Program-made: the position numbers and the translations under genes
In this document: piece by piece, positions 45,230 to 54,181 of the stretch
Layout of the letters: each line of letters begins with the position of its first letter
Position numbering within the stretch: position 1 is the stretch's first letter
The notes under the pieces: model-generated
What the model saw: only the letters and a program-made list of their open reading frames with translations
Database searches by the model: none
What the model was told of the DNA's origin: nothing
Source of the DNA: an uncultured Desulfosarcina sp.
Lineage (GTDB): Bacteria > Desulfobacterota > Desulfobacteria > Desulfobacterales > Desulfosarcinaceae
Length of the DNA stretch: 64,000 nt
Direction: 5' to 3'
Assembly (NCBI GenBank): GCA_963674945.2
Contig: CAXXWQ010000003.1
Location: forward strand, 2,144,001-2,208,000

Positions 45230-45990
45230 ATCGAGGTAGGATGGCCAGTTACCCGAACGCCCCCTCACAGATCCCTGCGTGCGGTTTTCCCGCACAAGGC
45301 TCTTCAGTATTGTTCGCTTCGTACGAAAGCAAGGTTAATCCCAGTATCCGATAATTCGGGGCTGCGGTATCAGGAACTGCTTTAGCAATTCTGAAAACCC
45401 GCTCCAATTTAGGCTTTTTCTCTGGCTTCGGCGATTGAGCCATTTAAAGACGATATTGATGGTATGATGATAGAAGGATTTTAGCATTTCCATATTGCCG
45501 GATACCCCGTAATAATTGAAATGGCCCTGCAATTTGCAGCGCAATGCCTCCATTATCTCCGTCGTACCGTCAAACCTATCTTTCTTCATCCACGCCTTGA
45601 TTGACGACAATGCCTGCCGAAACTTCTTTTTCGATGTTCGCATCTTCACCAGTGGCTTGCCTGTGCGGCTTCGACCCCAACGATATTCGAATCCGAGAAA
45701 GGTGAATGATTCACTATTTTCGGTTACAAAACGAGTAAATTTTATGGTTCGTGTCTTGTCCTGGGAAAGTTGTAAGTTGAACTTTCCCAGGCGACCGTCG
45801 ATGGAGCTTCGAACCTTCTGCAAGTCCCTGTGATACTGAAAACAACAGACGTAATCATCGGCAAACCGAATCAGCATAGCATCACCGTCACTGTTTGGCT
45901 TGACAACCTTTTCAAACCACAGATCCAGTGCATAGTGAAGATAAATATTGGCCAGTACCGCCGATACTACACCTCCCTGAGGTGTGCCGG
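45230..45990 (-). mobile_element. Group II intron of a second lineage, 3' part only
   Basis: RT GTPQGG..LHYALDLWF..RFADD..WLNRRSQR; DV GAGCCTTGTGCGGGAAAACCGCACGCAGGGATC; DVI ending CCTACCTCGAT. Confidence 0.85.
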
Positions 45991-46163
45991 TTACCGGAAC
46001 GAATTGTAGAACGAAGGAGCATGTTAAGAGCAATGAACCAGGTCATTGCCAACAAAGGCGCCGCCGGTGTCGATGGCATGACCACCAAGCAACTTAAGGG
46101 ATACCTTAAGCGACACTGGCCCAAAGTCAAGCAGGAGCTGATAGATGGGATCTATCGTCCCAA
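45990..46163 (+). pseudogene. Fragment of group IIC intron RT
   Basis: Near-identical to about 48621-48795. Confidence 0.85.
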
Positions 46164-46502
46164 TATACCTTTCTTGTCAACGACAAAACCAGCCCCCCAG
46201 GTATTATTTTCGCCTTCAACCTCGGCTATAGCCATCCTTATTGTTGGTAAAAGATCGCTGAATTTATCAACGCGCTTATCGATGTCCTTTTGAACTTGGA
46301 CTGGGGGTAGTTCATCTTCGGCTGCGGGTGGTAGAAGACGAACTGAACCCCAAGGTGTCGGTATTTCAGCTTCACGCTTTTTTAATGATAAAATTAGCTC
46401 ACGGATAGGGCGCAAATATAATAGAAATATTACCAAGACTACAAAAGGTCATGAAACAATGATTTTCAAAAATTCTAAGATCGTTTTTATGATATCATTC
46501 AT
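46164..46502 (-). pseudogene. Cassette remnant: membrane-anchored trypsin-like protease
   Basis: TM segment, in-frame TGA, GAGFVVDKKGIL then truncated. Confidence 0.5.
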
Positions 46503-46522
46503 TGTTCACTCTTAATCTGGAT

Positions 46523-46595
46523 GCCCAACGCCGAATTCACTTGCTGGTGTGGAGCGGCAGCGGAACACCAGTCAGAGTGAAATGAGCGGTTATAC
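46523..46595 (-). other. attC site
   Basis: GCCCAAC..TTCACT..CTGGTGT...ACACCAG..AGTGAA..GTTATAC. Confidence 0.85.
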
Positions 46596-46609
46596 GAAAT
46601 TTTGTCTTG

Positions 46610-46644
46610 TTGACGAATCGCCCGGTGGTGTGTATTATTACACA
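46610..46644 (+). promoter_or_regulatory. hicAB promoter and operator
   Basis: TTGACG-17 bp-TATTAT; palindrome TGTGTA-TTAT-TACACA over the -10. Confidence 0.75.
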
Positions 46645-46646
46645 TC

Positions 46647-46835
46647 ATGGATAGTCGAGCTATTATCAAAATGCTAAAACAAAACGGCTGGTATAAAGTC
46701 GCAACATCCGGTTCCCACACACAATTTCGGCATCCTGAAAGAAAAGGGCGTGTAACGGTTCCACATCCTAAGAAGGACATCCCCATTGGCACTTTGAAAA
46801 GTATCGAGCGTCAATCGGGAATCAAGTTTAGTTGA
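46647..46835 (+). CDS. hicA: HicA toxin
   Basis: GSHTQFRHP..GRVTVPHPKKDIPIGTLKSI. Confidence 0.93.
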   Translation: MDSRAIIKMLKQNGWYKVATSGSHTQFRHPERKGRVTVPHPKKDIPIGTLKSIERQSGIKFS

Positions 46836-46845
46836 GGTTTTAATA

Positions 46846-47262
46846 ATGTCTAACTATATAGCCACCATTCACAAAAATGAAAAAAGCGATTTTGGTGTAT
46901 CGTTTCCCGATTTTCCTGGATGTATCACTGCAGGGAAAACCATCGATGAGGCCAAGGACATGGCTCACGAGGCCCTTACCTTCCATATCCAGGGTATGAT
47001 CGAAGATGGTGAAAAGTTACCCAATCCCTCCAAACTAGAAAAAATTATGAGTGACCCGGACTACTCTGGAACCGTTGCATTTCTTGTTGTTTCAATTCCT
47101 GATTTAAAGTCCCGAACAGTTCGCGTAAATATCACATTGCCGGAACTAACACTCAAGCAGATCGATGCTGCTGCGAAGAAAAAAGGTATGTCCAGATCAT
47201 CGTTTCTTGCCCGCGTAGCAAAAGATGCCATTCAACCCAATGCTTCTGGAGCTTCTGTATAG
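46846..47262 (+). CDS. hicB: HicB antitoxin
   Basis: GVSFPDFPGCITAG, RVNITLP..SRSSFL. Confidence 0.93.
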   Translation: MSNYIATIHKNEKSDFGVSFPDFPGCITAGKTIDEAKDMAHEALTFHIQGMIEDGEKLPNPSKLEKIMSDPDYSGTVAFLVVSIPDLKSRTVRVNITLPELTLKQIDAAAKKKGMSRSSFLARVAKDAIQPNASGASV

Positions 47263-47406
47263 TCCCATTTGCGTATAACGGCCCGAGTCGAGCGGCAAGC
47301 CGCCCGACTCGGGCCGGTGGCGCCGCACGCAGCGGGGCGCCACCGCCGCAGTCACAGGCCGCGAGGTACGAAAGGTCCATTGTGAAACCGCAGATTATCC
47401 TGCAGT

Positions 47407-47931
47407 TTACTTTATTTCAGTGACTTTAAGACCAAAGAACCGGTCTGAAGTAATAAATCTTTTGATTTCGTTTTCTTTACAGTATTCCATACACTTTTCA
47501 GTATTTTCTTTGAAATTATGAAACATCGCGGATATCAGCAATAGATTCTCAATGTTACCCTGTTCGATAATTCTCCGATATTTCGCGTCATTTAGAAATT
47601 TGAATTCATAGCAAATAATTATCAGCGTCCGACCGATAGATAAGTCTAATGATTTCTTCTTTTCCTCGCCGGAAGTGATGAATTTATGTTCATCATTATG
47701 TACATGAATCTTTCTGATATTATGTGTTTTATCTCCATCAATAACCAAACATGAACTATAATTTTTGCTATCTTCTCTTTCAATGTAACCGGAAATGAGG
47801 ACATCAAATCCAAATTTTTTATACCACCGAAGGATATCTTGAGACTCTTCCCTTGATAATGGCGCCTGAGGAGGAAAGTCGGTTAAGTGGTACTCTGGAA
47901 AAATGAGTATGTTTTTACCATTGATATTCAT
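47407..47931 (-). CDS. Cassette: short carbon-nitrogen hydrolase family protein
   Basis: IFPEY, RKIH, ICYE (E-K-C triad pattern). Confidence 0.7.
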   Translation of the reverse strand: MNINGKNILIFPEYHLTDFPPQAPLSREESQDILRWYKKFGFDVLISGYIEREDSKNYSSCLVIDGDKTHNIRKIHVHNDEHKFITSGEEKKKSLDLSIGRTLIIICYEFKFLNDAKYRRIIEQGNIENLLLISAMFHNFKENTEKCMEYCKENEIKRFITSDRFFGLKVTEIK

Positions 47932-47952
47932 TTTTTAACTTCAGGTTGTGAA

Positions 47953-48009
47953 GGACAACGCCAAGCTGTGGGGCGGCATGGTCCTCGCCGTCCCACACCA
48001 GCGAGTTGT
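47953..48009 (-). other. attC arm, interrupted by intron
   Basis: GGACAAC..GCTGTGGGGCGGC...GCCGTCCCACACCAGC..TTGT|GTGTG. Confidence 0.8.
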
Positions 48010-49098
48010 GTGTGCCGGGCACGGCACGTATTCTTAAGGGTGCGATGAGCCCAGCATACCCTTTGTTTCACGGCTCATCAAGTCCCAAACCCAGCCCGAT
48101 GGAGGCGAAGGGTATAGCGGTAGCGCAACCGGGTATCCGGCGACGGTGCCTGGGAAGGAGGCCGCCCTGCTACGGTAGGGTACCGCGAACGCATGGGGCG
48201 ATGTACAAGAATCGAGTTGGAGGCGATTTTTGGTGGGACGAGCCTGCACAACAAGGCAAAGTCCTCTATCCATCTCAGGCCAAAGGCGTAAACTCGGCGT
48301 TCATGTGCGGAAAGATGCGTGTTCACCCCGGGAGATCTGCCATGATGTCCAGTAAGGACTGACCGAACCGCAAGGGGAGGCGACCTCGTGGCAGAAGTCA
48401 GCAGAGGGCATAGTAGTCGGTGGAAACGAGCCGGGCCTCCCGAATAAGGGAGAAGGATACCCGGAGGCCTCACCCCGATGAAGGCCCGAACGGTGCCCGG
48501 ACCGAGTGGTACGGGTAAATGAAAAGACCAGTAGGAGACGTGTACTTATGAACATAAAGCCTCAGCAGACGGAAATGTTTGTAGCGTCACGGATCGCCGA
48601 ACGTCTGGGAGCAAACGAGCGGTTACTGGAACGAATTGTAGAACGAAGGAGCATGTTAAGAGCAATGAACCAGGTCATCGCCAACAAAGGCGCCGCCGGC
48701 GTCGATGGCATGACCACCAAGCAACTTAAGGGATACCTTAAGAGACACTGGCCCAAAATCAAACAGGACCTGATAGATGGGATCTATCGTCCCAAGACGG
48801 TCAGAAGGAAAGAGATCGATAAGCTGGATGGCGGTGTCCGCCTGCTTGGTATTCCCACGGTATTGGACCGGATGATCCAACAGGCGATCGCTCAGTTGGT
48901 GGAACAGATCTGGGACCCGACCTTTTCCGAATATAGCTTTGGATTCAGGCCTGGAAAATCCGCCCATGACGCTGTCTTAACCGCCAAGAGCCATCTGCTT
49001 GACGGGTACACCCATGTGGTTGACATGGATCTGTCCAAGTTTTTCGATAGAGTCAATCACGACCGGCTGATGAGCCGACTCGCAACCAGGATTCGGGA
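48010..49098 (+). mobile_element. Group IIC-attC intron, 5' half (RNA 5' region + RT N-terminus)
   Basis: GTGTG start after TTGT; RT GAAGVDG, LGIPTVLDR, SFGFRPG, DLSKFFD; truncated. Confidence 0.88.
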
Positions 49099-49428
49099 TA
49101 ATACGACGGTAGAAAAAATAACATCAAATGAATAAGATAGGCGAAACTCGTTAATGTCAGCAACAAAGACCTTGATTGACACATTTTCCTTTTCGGCAAG
49201 GCGTTTAGCCTTTTCTATGCCAATTGGTGAAGCATCGAAAGCTGTTACTGAGTAGCCCTTTCCTGCAAAGAAGACAGCAGCATCACGACCTTCGCCACAC
49301 CCAACATCAAGCAGTGTAACATGACGATCAGGAGGCATGAGTTCCAACACCCTGGCACAGTTGGACGATGGCTTTAACCCCCAGTAATAGTCATCTTGAT
49401 CGTATCGTTTGTCGTATAAATTTCTCAT
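49099..49428 (-). pseudogene. Cassette: methyltransferase (TehB-like), 3' truncated
   Basis: LLDVGCGEGRD; fused to intron by deletion. Confidence 0.75.
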
Positions 49429-49437
49429 GATTTATCA

Positions 49438-49500
49438 AGCCAACGCCCGGCATAAGGCGCGGCGGCTGTTTGCCGTCGTTTCTTAATGCCATGGTTCGAT
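49438..49500 (-). other. attC site
   Basis: AGCCAAC..GGCATAAG..CGGC...GCCG..CTTAATGCC..GTTCGAT. Confidence 0.85.
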
Positions 49501-49547
49501 CTTTATCCTATAAGAGTTTTTAATTTTCATTGTTCAATTGATGATCA

Positions 49548-50159
49548 TTAAAAAACAACAACCCACCAATTCCTCGCTGGGTCTCTTTCAAATTTAACTG
49601 GATTGGCATATTTCTTCCCATTCTTTATCGTTGTGAATTTATACTCAACTTCACAATATTCTCGCTCACAACCCCAAACTTTTACGAACCTTAAATTTTT
49701 AGCTGAAGATATATCGTTGGCAAGTTTAGAAATATTTGATTTACTGATGCCTTTATATGCGGACCTCGTTTTTGGGGATATATATCTCAAGGCACAATCT
49801 ATATCTTCATTGGTTAGGCATTTAACCATATCATTCCAAATAGTTTTTAACTCGGTATCGACAGAATCGCCCTGGGTAATCTCTAAATATTCATTTTCAG
49901 AATGATTATGATAAACATCTGGCCTGTCAAAGGTGGATGTGTTTATTGTCATTTGCTTGTATTCATTTGAAGATTTCGTAGGGGTGGTGCAAGTAGGCTG
50001 CTTTTCAAAATCAGAAATTGCTTCTGGTTCGGAGGGGAGTGAATCAGAAAAGTGTACAACTCCATTACCATCTATCCATTTATACATTTCTGCATACGCT
50101 AAACTGCCCAATATTATAAATGCAAAAATCATATATCCAATTTTTCGAAATATAATCAT
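49548..50159 (-). CDS. Cassette: DUF4124-domain secreted protein
   Basis: AEMYKWIDGNGVVHFSD motif after signal peptide; start codon uncertain. Confidence 0.8.
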   Translation of the reverse strand: MIIFRKIGYMIFAFIILGSLAYAEMYKWIDGNGVVHFSDSLPSEPEAISDFEKQPTCTTPTKSSNEYKQMTINTSTFDRPDVYHNHSENEYLEITQGDSVDTELKTIWNDMVKCLTNEDIDCALRYISPKTRSAYKGISKSNISKLANDISSAKNLRFVKVWGCEREYCEVEYKFTTIKNGKKYANPVKFERDPARNWWVVVF

Positions 50160-50194
50160 TAATTCATTCCTTCTGAATAGATCGCTCAATTGCT

Positions 50195-50327
50195 ATCGAA
50201 CGCGCGTGTCACCTGGCCGGGAGGGAAAAAGAAAGTCTTTTATACACCGGCTGGTGAGAAACCGTTTAAACTCGTTTATAATAAAATCGCTGGACCCTCC
50301 CGGTCAGAGTGAACACGGTGGTTATGG
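50195..50327 (-). other. attC site (133 bp)
   Basis: ATCGAAC..GTGTCAC..CCGGGAGGG...CCCTCCCGG..GTGAACAC..GTTATGG. Confidence 0.85.
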
Positions 50328-50360
50328 CTAAATATCCTTATTTGCTTTGATTATAAAAAT

Positions 50361-50603
50361 CTATTCGCCTTTATTGACGGTAGATTTCCTGTATATAATG
50401 AAATCAAAAACTGCATAACAGATCAGCGCTATGCCTAATAGTATCATCAATAAACATGCATTTCCGCTAAAGGACGCCCCAATGTCAGCTTTAGAGTTAA
50501 GTACAAAGCCCACGCCTTTCCATCGCATGAAAAAAAATGGTATCAAGGCGATACCGGTGATTAAAAATGCAATGTCAATGAGTATGAATAGTGTATTCTT
50601 CAT
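50361..50603 (-). CDS. Cassette: small 2-TM hypothetical protein
   Basis: 80 aa ORF between attC sites. Confidence 0.65.
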   Translation of the reverse strand: MKNTLFILIDIAFLITGIALIPFFFMRWKGVGFVLNSKADIGASFSGNACLLMILLGIALICYAVFDFIIYRKSTVNKGE

Positions 50604-50613
50604 TTAGATATGT

Positions 50614-50677
50614 TTTGAACATTTGCTTAACCTGCGACGACCTACTGGTCGGAGTCAGGTTGAAGCGGTTGTTATAT
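50614..50677 (-). other. attC site
   Basis: TTTGAAC..GCTTAACCTG..CGAC...GTCG..CAGGTTGAAGC..GTTATAT. Confidence 0.85.
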
Positions 50678-50908
50678 GTCTTCCTCTGTATTATCGCCGG
50701 TGACGGTTGCCGTGAAATCTTCGCCGTTCTCACCGACCCCTTCGCAGAATCCACCATACCGCGCCTCATTCCACGCGACCTGCGCCATGACCTCGTTTAT
50801 ATCAGCCGTTTCGCTTATGCACTCGCGGTAATCTTTTACGGCCTTTTCAATCTTGTCGTCGGGTATTTCAACATCGACGAAAATCTCAACGGTAAAGCTC
50901 TTTTTCAT
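50672..50908 (-). CDS. Cassette: small acidic hypothetical protein
   Basis: SD GGAGG; stop codon lies within the attC R'' core. Confidence 0.75.
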   Translation of the reverse strand: MKKSFTVEIFVDVEIPDDKIEKAVKDYRECISETADINEVMAQVAWNEARYGGFCEGVGENGEDFTATVTGDNTEEDI

Positions 50909-50965
50909 CTTCTTTCCTCCTGCACTGCGTCCAGAAACGATTTATTGTTTCTGGCGAAAGTGTCC

Positions 50966-51089
50966 GTATAACGTACTGCTAAGGGGGCGGGAGCCTTAGC
51001 GAAAAATTTTCTTGAAACAAATAACTGCCCCAACGATATTTTTAAAAATGCCCAAGCTTACCCGCTCCCGCTTGAGCAGATTGTTAACT
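50966..51089 (-). other. attC site (124 bp)
   Basis: GTATAAC..TGCTAAG.GGGGCGG...CCGCTCCC.CTTGAGCA..GTTAACT. Confidence 0.85.
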
Positions 51090-51549
51090 ATTTTCCACAT
51101 TCACATGTCCCTGTAACGATACCGGCACCCCCCATGGACATAGCAACAAAGGGTTTAATGGCCCCTTGCTGGAATATTTGAATTTCCAGTAATTGAAGAG
51201 ATGCAGTACTTACAGCATCTTCCGATCCATTTGATAATGGTTTATTGACCGCATCAAACTCAGCAACAGACTTGAATGAGTACGATTCATTTCCTTTATT
51301 TATAACCTTTGTTGAGTTCGCCATTAGGGTAGGGAGAACTTTGCCGACAATTTCACCTGAAATACGGGACACCGAAAATTCACTGCCTTTAAATTCTTTT
51401 TCCATGTTCGAATTTTTAAGCGAGCCGTCATCATTCAGAACATAAACATTTTTTACTATACATTTGTACATAAGATCATCAGCAGACAAAAAAGAGCACA
51501 TTGTCATTACAATAAAAATGGATAATACTCCTATGTATAGCCTTTTCAT
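51088..51549 (-). CDS. Cassette: hypothetical secreted protein
   Basis: Signal peptide; SD GGAG; fills the cassette. Confidence 0.8.
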   Translation of the reverse strand: MKRLYIGVLSIFIVMTMCSFLSADDLMYKCIVKNVYVLNDDGSLKNSNMEKEFKGSEFSVSRISGEIVGKVLPTLMANSTKVINKGNESYSFKSVAEFDAVNKPLSNGSEDAVSTASLQLLEIQIFQQGAIKPFVAMSMGGAGIVTGTCECGK

Positions 51550-51563
51550 TGTTTTACTCCTAT

Positions 51564-51624
51564 AGTTAACGTTTTAATAACGGGCGCAACGCTTTACCGC
51601 GTCCCGTTGATTTAGATGTTAGCG
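51564..51624 (-). other. attC site (61 bp)
   Basis: AGTTAAC...GTTAGCG; near-identical to 52701-52761. Confidence 0.9.
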
Positions 51625-51632
51625 AGGGTTTT

Positions 51633-52673
51633 CTAAAAAGACAAACTTCTCCAAAATTCTGGAAACAATTCCTTACAAGTTACATTTGCCATGTTTGAAT
51701 GAATAACAGAATCGAACAATTCAGATATCTGAGCATTAATTACTTCTTTATCACTTTTTGAAATACCAAGTGTGGTGGCAAAACATTTGATTTTAGAAAA
51801 ATCCACACGTTCTATTTTAGATGGTTTTAGAAGCCCCATGTTCAATTTGTGAAATGCAAAACCTAAAAAAACCAAACGATTTGCATTAGAAATTTTTTCT
51901 CTGATTGCGACAATATCACTGGATTCAGGGTTGGTCCCTTCTGTGAATGTTTTTATACCATCAGTAAGTTTTAATAATCTTTGAGCATCGGGTTCCTCTC
52001 CAAAATCGGTTGCCCTGTCTCTATTTTGCCATGGCAGATGCCCAACTTTGCCATAAGGATGAAATATATTTATAAATTTGGTTAGTTCCGCTGATTCTTC
52101 TGGAGAAATCCTATAATAGTTAATAAATGCATGGAATAAGAAGTGTTCTATACAACGATCATAATTGAAAACTATAATTGAAATTTTTTTAAGCCTTTCT
52201 TCAAGATCTTCCTTGGTGCAATTTTCAGTAATTATCTGAAAGAAAGGTAAAAACCATGTGTTTTGAAGAGAACTAAATTTTATTTTTGAGTCATGTCTAT
52301 TTTTTTCAAAGTAAAGCGATGAATTTGACTCAGCTTTCAAAATTGACCTTACAATTGCTAATTTGCCACACAAGGCTAATGACTCATTGCCCCTTTGAGA
52401 ATCAATAAAATTATCGATGGATAAAGCTTGAGGAAGTGCATCTCTAATGTGCCAAGCTTCATGCACATATGGATTAATATCACCCCTATTTCCCTCGGGG
52501 GTTTTTACATGTTCCCTTAGGGCATATGCAATTAAATGGTCGCCAGATACCATTTTATGGATATCCCAACGCAAGTCAAGGAGATCTGCGATAATACGTT
52601 TTAGTTCATAACCCGTCGGTAGGTTTACTTCCTTACTTGCGCCTGCTCCGATTATAAAGACTGTATCATTCAT
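51633..52673 (-). CDS. Cassette: SIR2-like domain protein
   Basis: FIIGAGAS..LPTG, FNYD, HPYG, LVFLGFAF. Confidence 0.75.
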   Translation of the reverse strand: MNDTVFIIGAGASKEVNLPTGYELKRIIADLLDLRWDIHKMVSGDHLIAYALREHVKTPEGNRGDINPYVHEAWHIRDALPQALSIDNFIDSQRGNESLALCGKLAIVRSILKAESNSSLYFEKNRHDSKIKFSSLQNTWFLPFFQIITENCTKEDLEERLKKISIIVFNYDRCIEHFLFHAFINYYRISPEESAELTKFINIFHPYGKVGHLPWQNRDRATDFGEEPDAQRLLKLTDGIKTFTEGTNPESSDIVAIREKISNANRLVFLGFAFHKLNMGLLKPSKIERVDFSKIKCFATTLGISKSDKEVINAQISELFDSVIHSNMANVTCKELFPEFWRSLSF

Positions 52674-52700
52674 TGTCGTTCAATTCATATCATCGTTTTT

Positions 52701-52761
52701 CGCTAACGCTTTAATAACGGGCGCAACGTTTTACCGCGTCCCGTTGATTTAGATGTTAGCC
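52701..52761 (-). other. attC site (61 bp)
   Basis: CGCTAAC...GTTAGCC palindrome. Confidence 0.9.
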
Positions 52762-53276
52762 TTTATCAACTCTTCTAACAAATTTTTTTCAGGTACAATT
52801 TCAATTGTTTTTCCGACTGATGTATGAACTTGTAGTCTTAATGTCTTTAAATTATTTTCACTGCAGTCTTCAACAAAATCATTTGAGAATGAATTTATCC
52901 AACTTGACTCAATATCTAACGGAATTAAGAAGGTGCCAGATTCACCATAAGATAAGATTAGAGGACATTGAGAACTCTCGTTAGATCTAAATGGTTGTAT
53001 ACAATGTTTCTTTTTTTTCTTTTTGCCAACAGTCCAGCCAACACTATTTATTGTTACAATTCTGTCGGCAATGTTAGTGACTGTAATGCCTACATAGTTC
53101 CTTTGAGGGCTTCCATCACCATCAAAGATGACCCTCATTCCCACATAAACCTTAAGTTTGATTTTTTCTGAACGTTTTGCCAAATGGAGCGACAGAATTA
53201 CTGCTAAAAATGTTGCTATGGCCGCGAACCAAACGCCAATTGAGTTTATTATTTGAATTTTTTGATCAAATGTCAT
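52749..53276 (-). CDS. Cassette: hypothetical protein with N-terminal TM
   Basis: ORF fills the cassette; start trimmed to ATG after the attC. Confidence 0.75.
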   Translation of the reverse strand: MTFDQKIQIINSIGVWFAAIATFLAVILSLHLAKRSEKIKLKVYVGMRVIFDGDGSPQRNYVGITVTNIADRIVTINSVGWTVGKKKKKKHCIQPFRSNESSQCPLILSYGESGTFLIPLDIESSWINSFSNDFVEDCSENNLKTLRLQVHTSVGKTIEIVPEKNLLEELIKANI

Positions 53277-53287
53277 TGGATTCTCAT

Positions 53288-53353
53288 GGCTAACGGCTGG
53301 CTGAGGGGTGCGGCGCGATTTTTGCCGCATCCCTCTCCAGCCAAGGGTTATGC
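53288..53353 (-). other. attC site (66 bp)
   Basis: GGCTAAC..GGCTGAGGGGTGCGGC...GCCGCATCCCTCTCCAGCC..GTTATGC. Confidence 0.9.
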
Positions 53354-53689
53354 AGTGTTGTTATCTTTTTTATGATCATTTGTATAACAAAAACGTACTC
53401 CAAATCCAGCTAATAGCCCGATAAGGGCACCACTTACAATTCCTCCCAAAATGCCTTTCAACTCGAAAACCTTTTCTATTAACTCAAATGACATTATCGA
53501 AGCCAACAATATCAATGGTAGTACAATAAAAGCCATTTTCATTGAAATTTTTAATGGAAACACTTTTTCGCAGTTTGGGCATCTCGCACCAGGAGATTTA
53601 TGCCAATTATTGAAAACCCATCTTGATGGTTTAACGAAAAATGGAAACGGCTTTCTACAGTTTGGGCATATTACTTTATTAATATTCAT
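53348..53689 (-). CDS. Cassette: CxxC-CxxC + 2-TM hypothetical protein
   Basis: CPNC twice, two hydrophobic helices. Confidence 0.75.
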   Translation of the reverse strand: MNINKVICPNCRKPFPFFVKPSRWVFNNWHKSPGARCPNCEKVFPLKISMKMAFIVLPLILLASIMSFELIEKVFELKGILGGIVSGALIGLLAGFGVRFCYTNDHKKDNNTA

Positions 53690-53702
53690 CTCTATCTTGT
53701 GT

Positions 53703-53833
53703 GCATAACGCTAAGCTCACAGCGGGAAGGGTAAAAGGAATATCGTAAATACTCTTGCCGGTGAGAGCTTACAAAATATCGTTTAGGTTAAAGCCGCTGG
53801 ACCCTTCCGGTTATGTGCAGCAGAAGGTTATAC
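53703..53833 (-). other. attC site (131 bp)
   Basis: GCATAAC..GCTCACAGCGGGAAGGGT...ACCCTTCCGGTTATGTGCAGC..GTTATAC. Confidence 0.88.
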
Positions 53834-54181
53834 ACCGCCATCATCAGCTTCATCTTGCTGATCTAATGCACCAATGTTCATGAAAGATGGTGAAATTGGC
53901 ACCTTCGGTTTACTCTTAATTTTATCTATGAGATGGCATACTGTATCCCTCGATTTTTTCCAGGCGACAGCAAAGGCTATTCCAAGAAATATCCCAACAA
54001 TCCCTATAACTAAATTTATATTAAATGAGAGAGTTGGAAGGAATGTAGTTTGTTTGTTTACCTCTACAACAGCATTTATTGTGTCCTTTCGGCAACGGTG
54101 CGTAAGCAGATTTTTCTCAAGGCGGGGCTACGGTGCTGACAGAATGGCTACGTAGGCAGGGTGATAAGCCCCTGCCCACGG

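Noticed and set aside
45335..49135. RT ORFs as retron, DGR or defence RT
   Set aside because: They are flanked by group II intron 5' ends and domain V/VI, and all are fragments.
50195..53833. Regularly spaced palindromes as a CRISPR array
   Set aside because: Spacing is gene-sized, the repeats differ and carry GTT/AAC cores; these are attC sites, and no cas genes are present.
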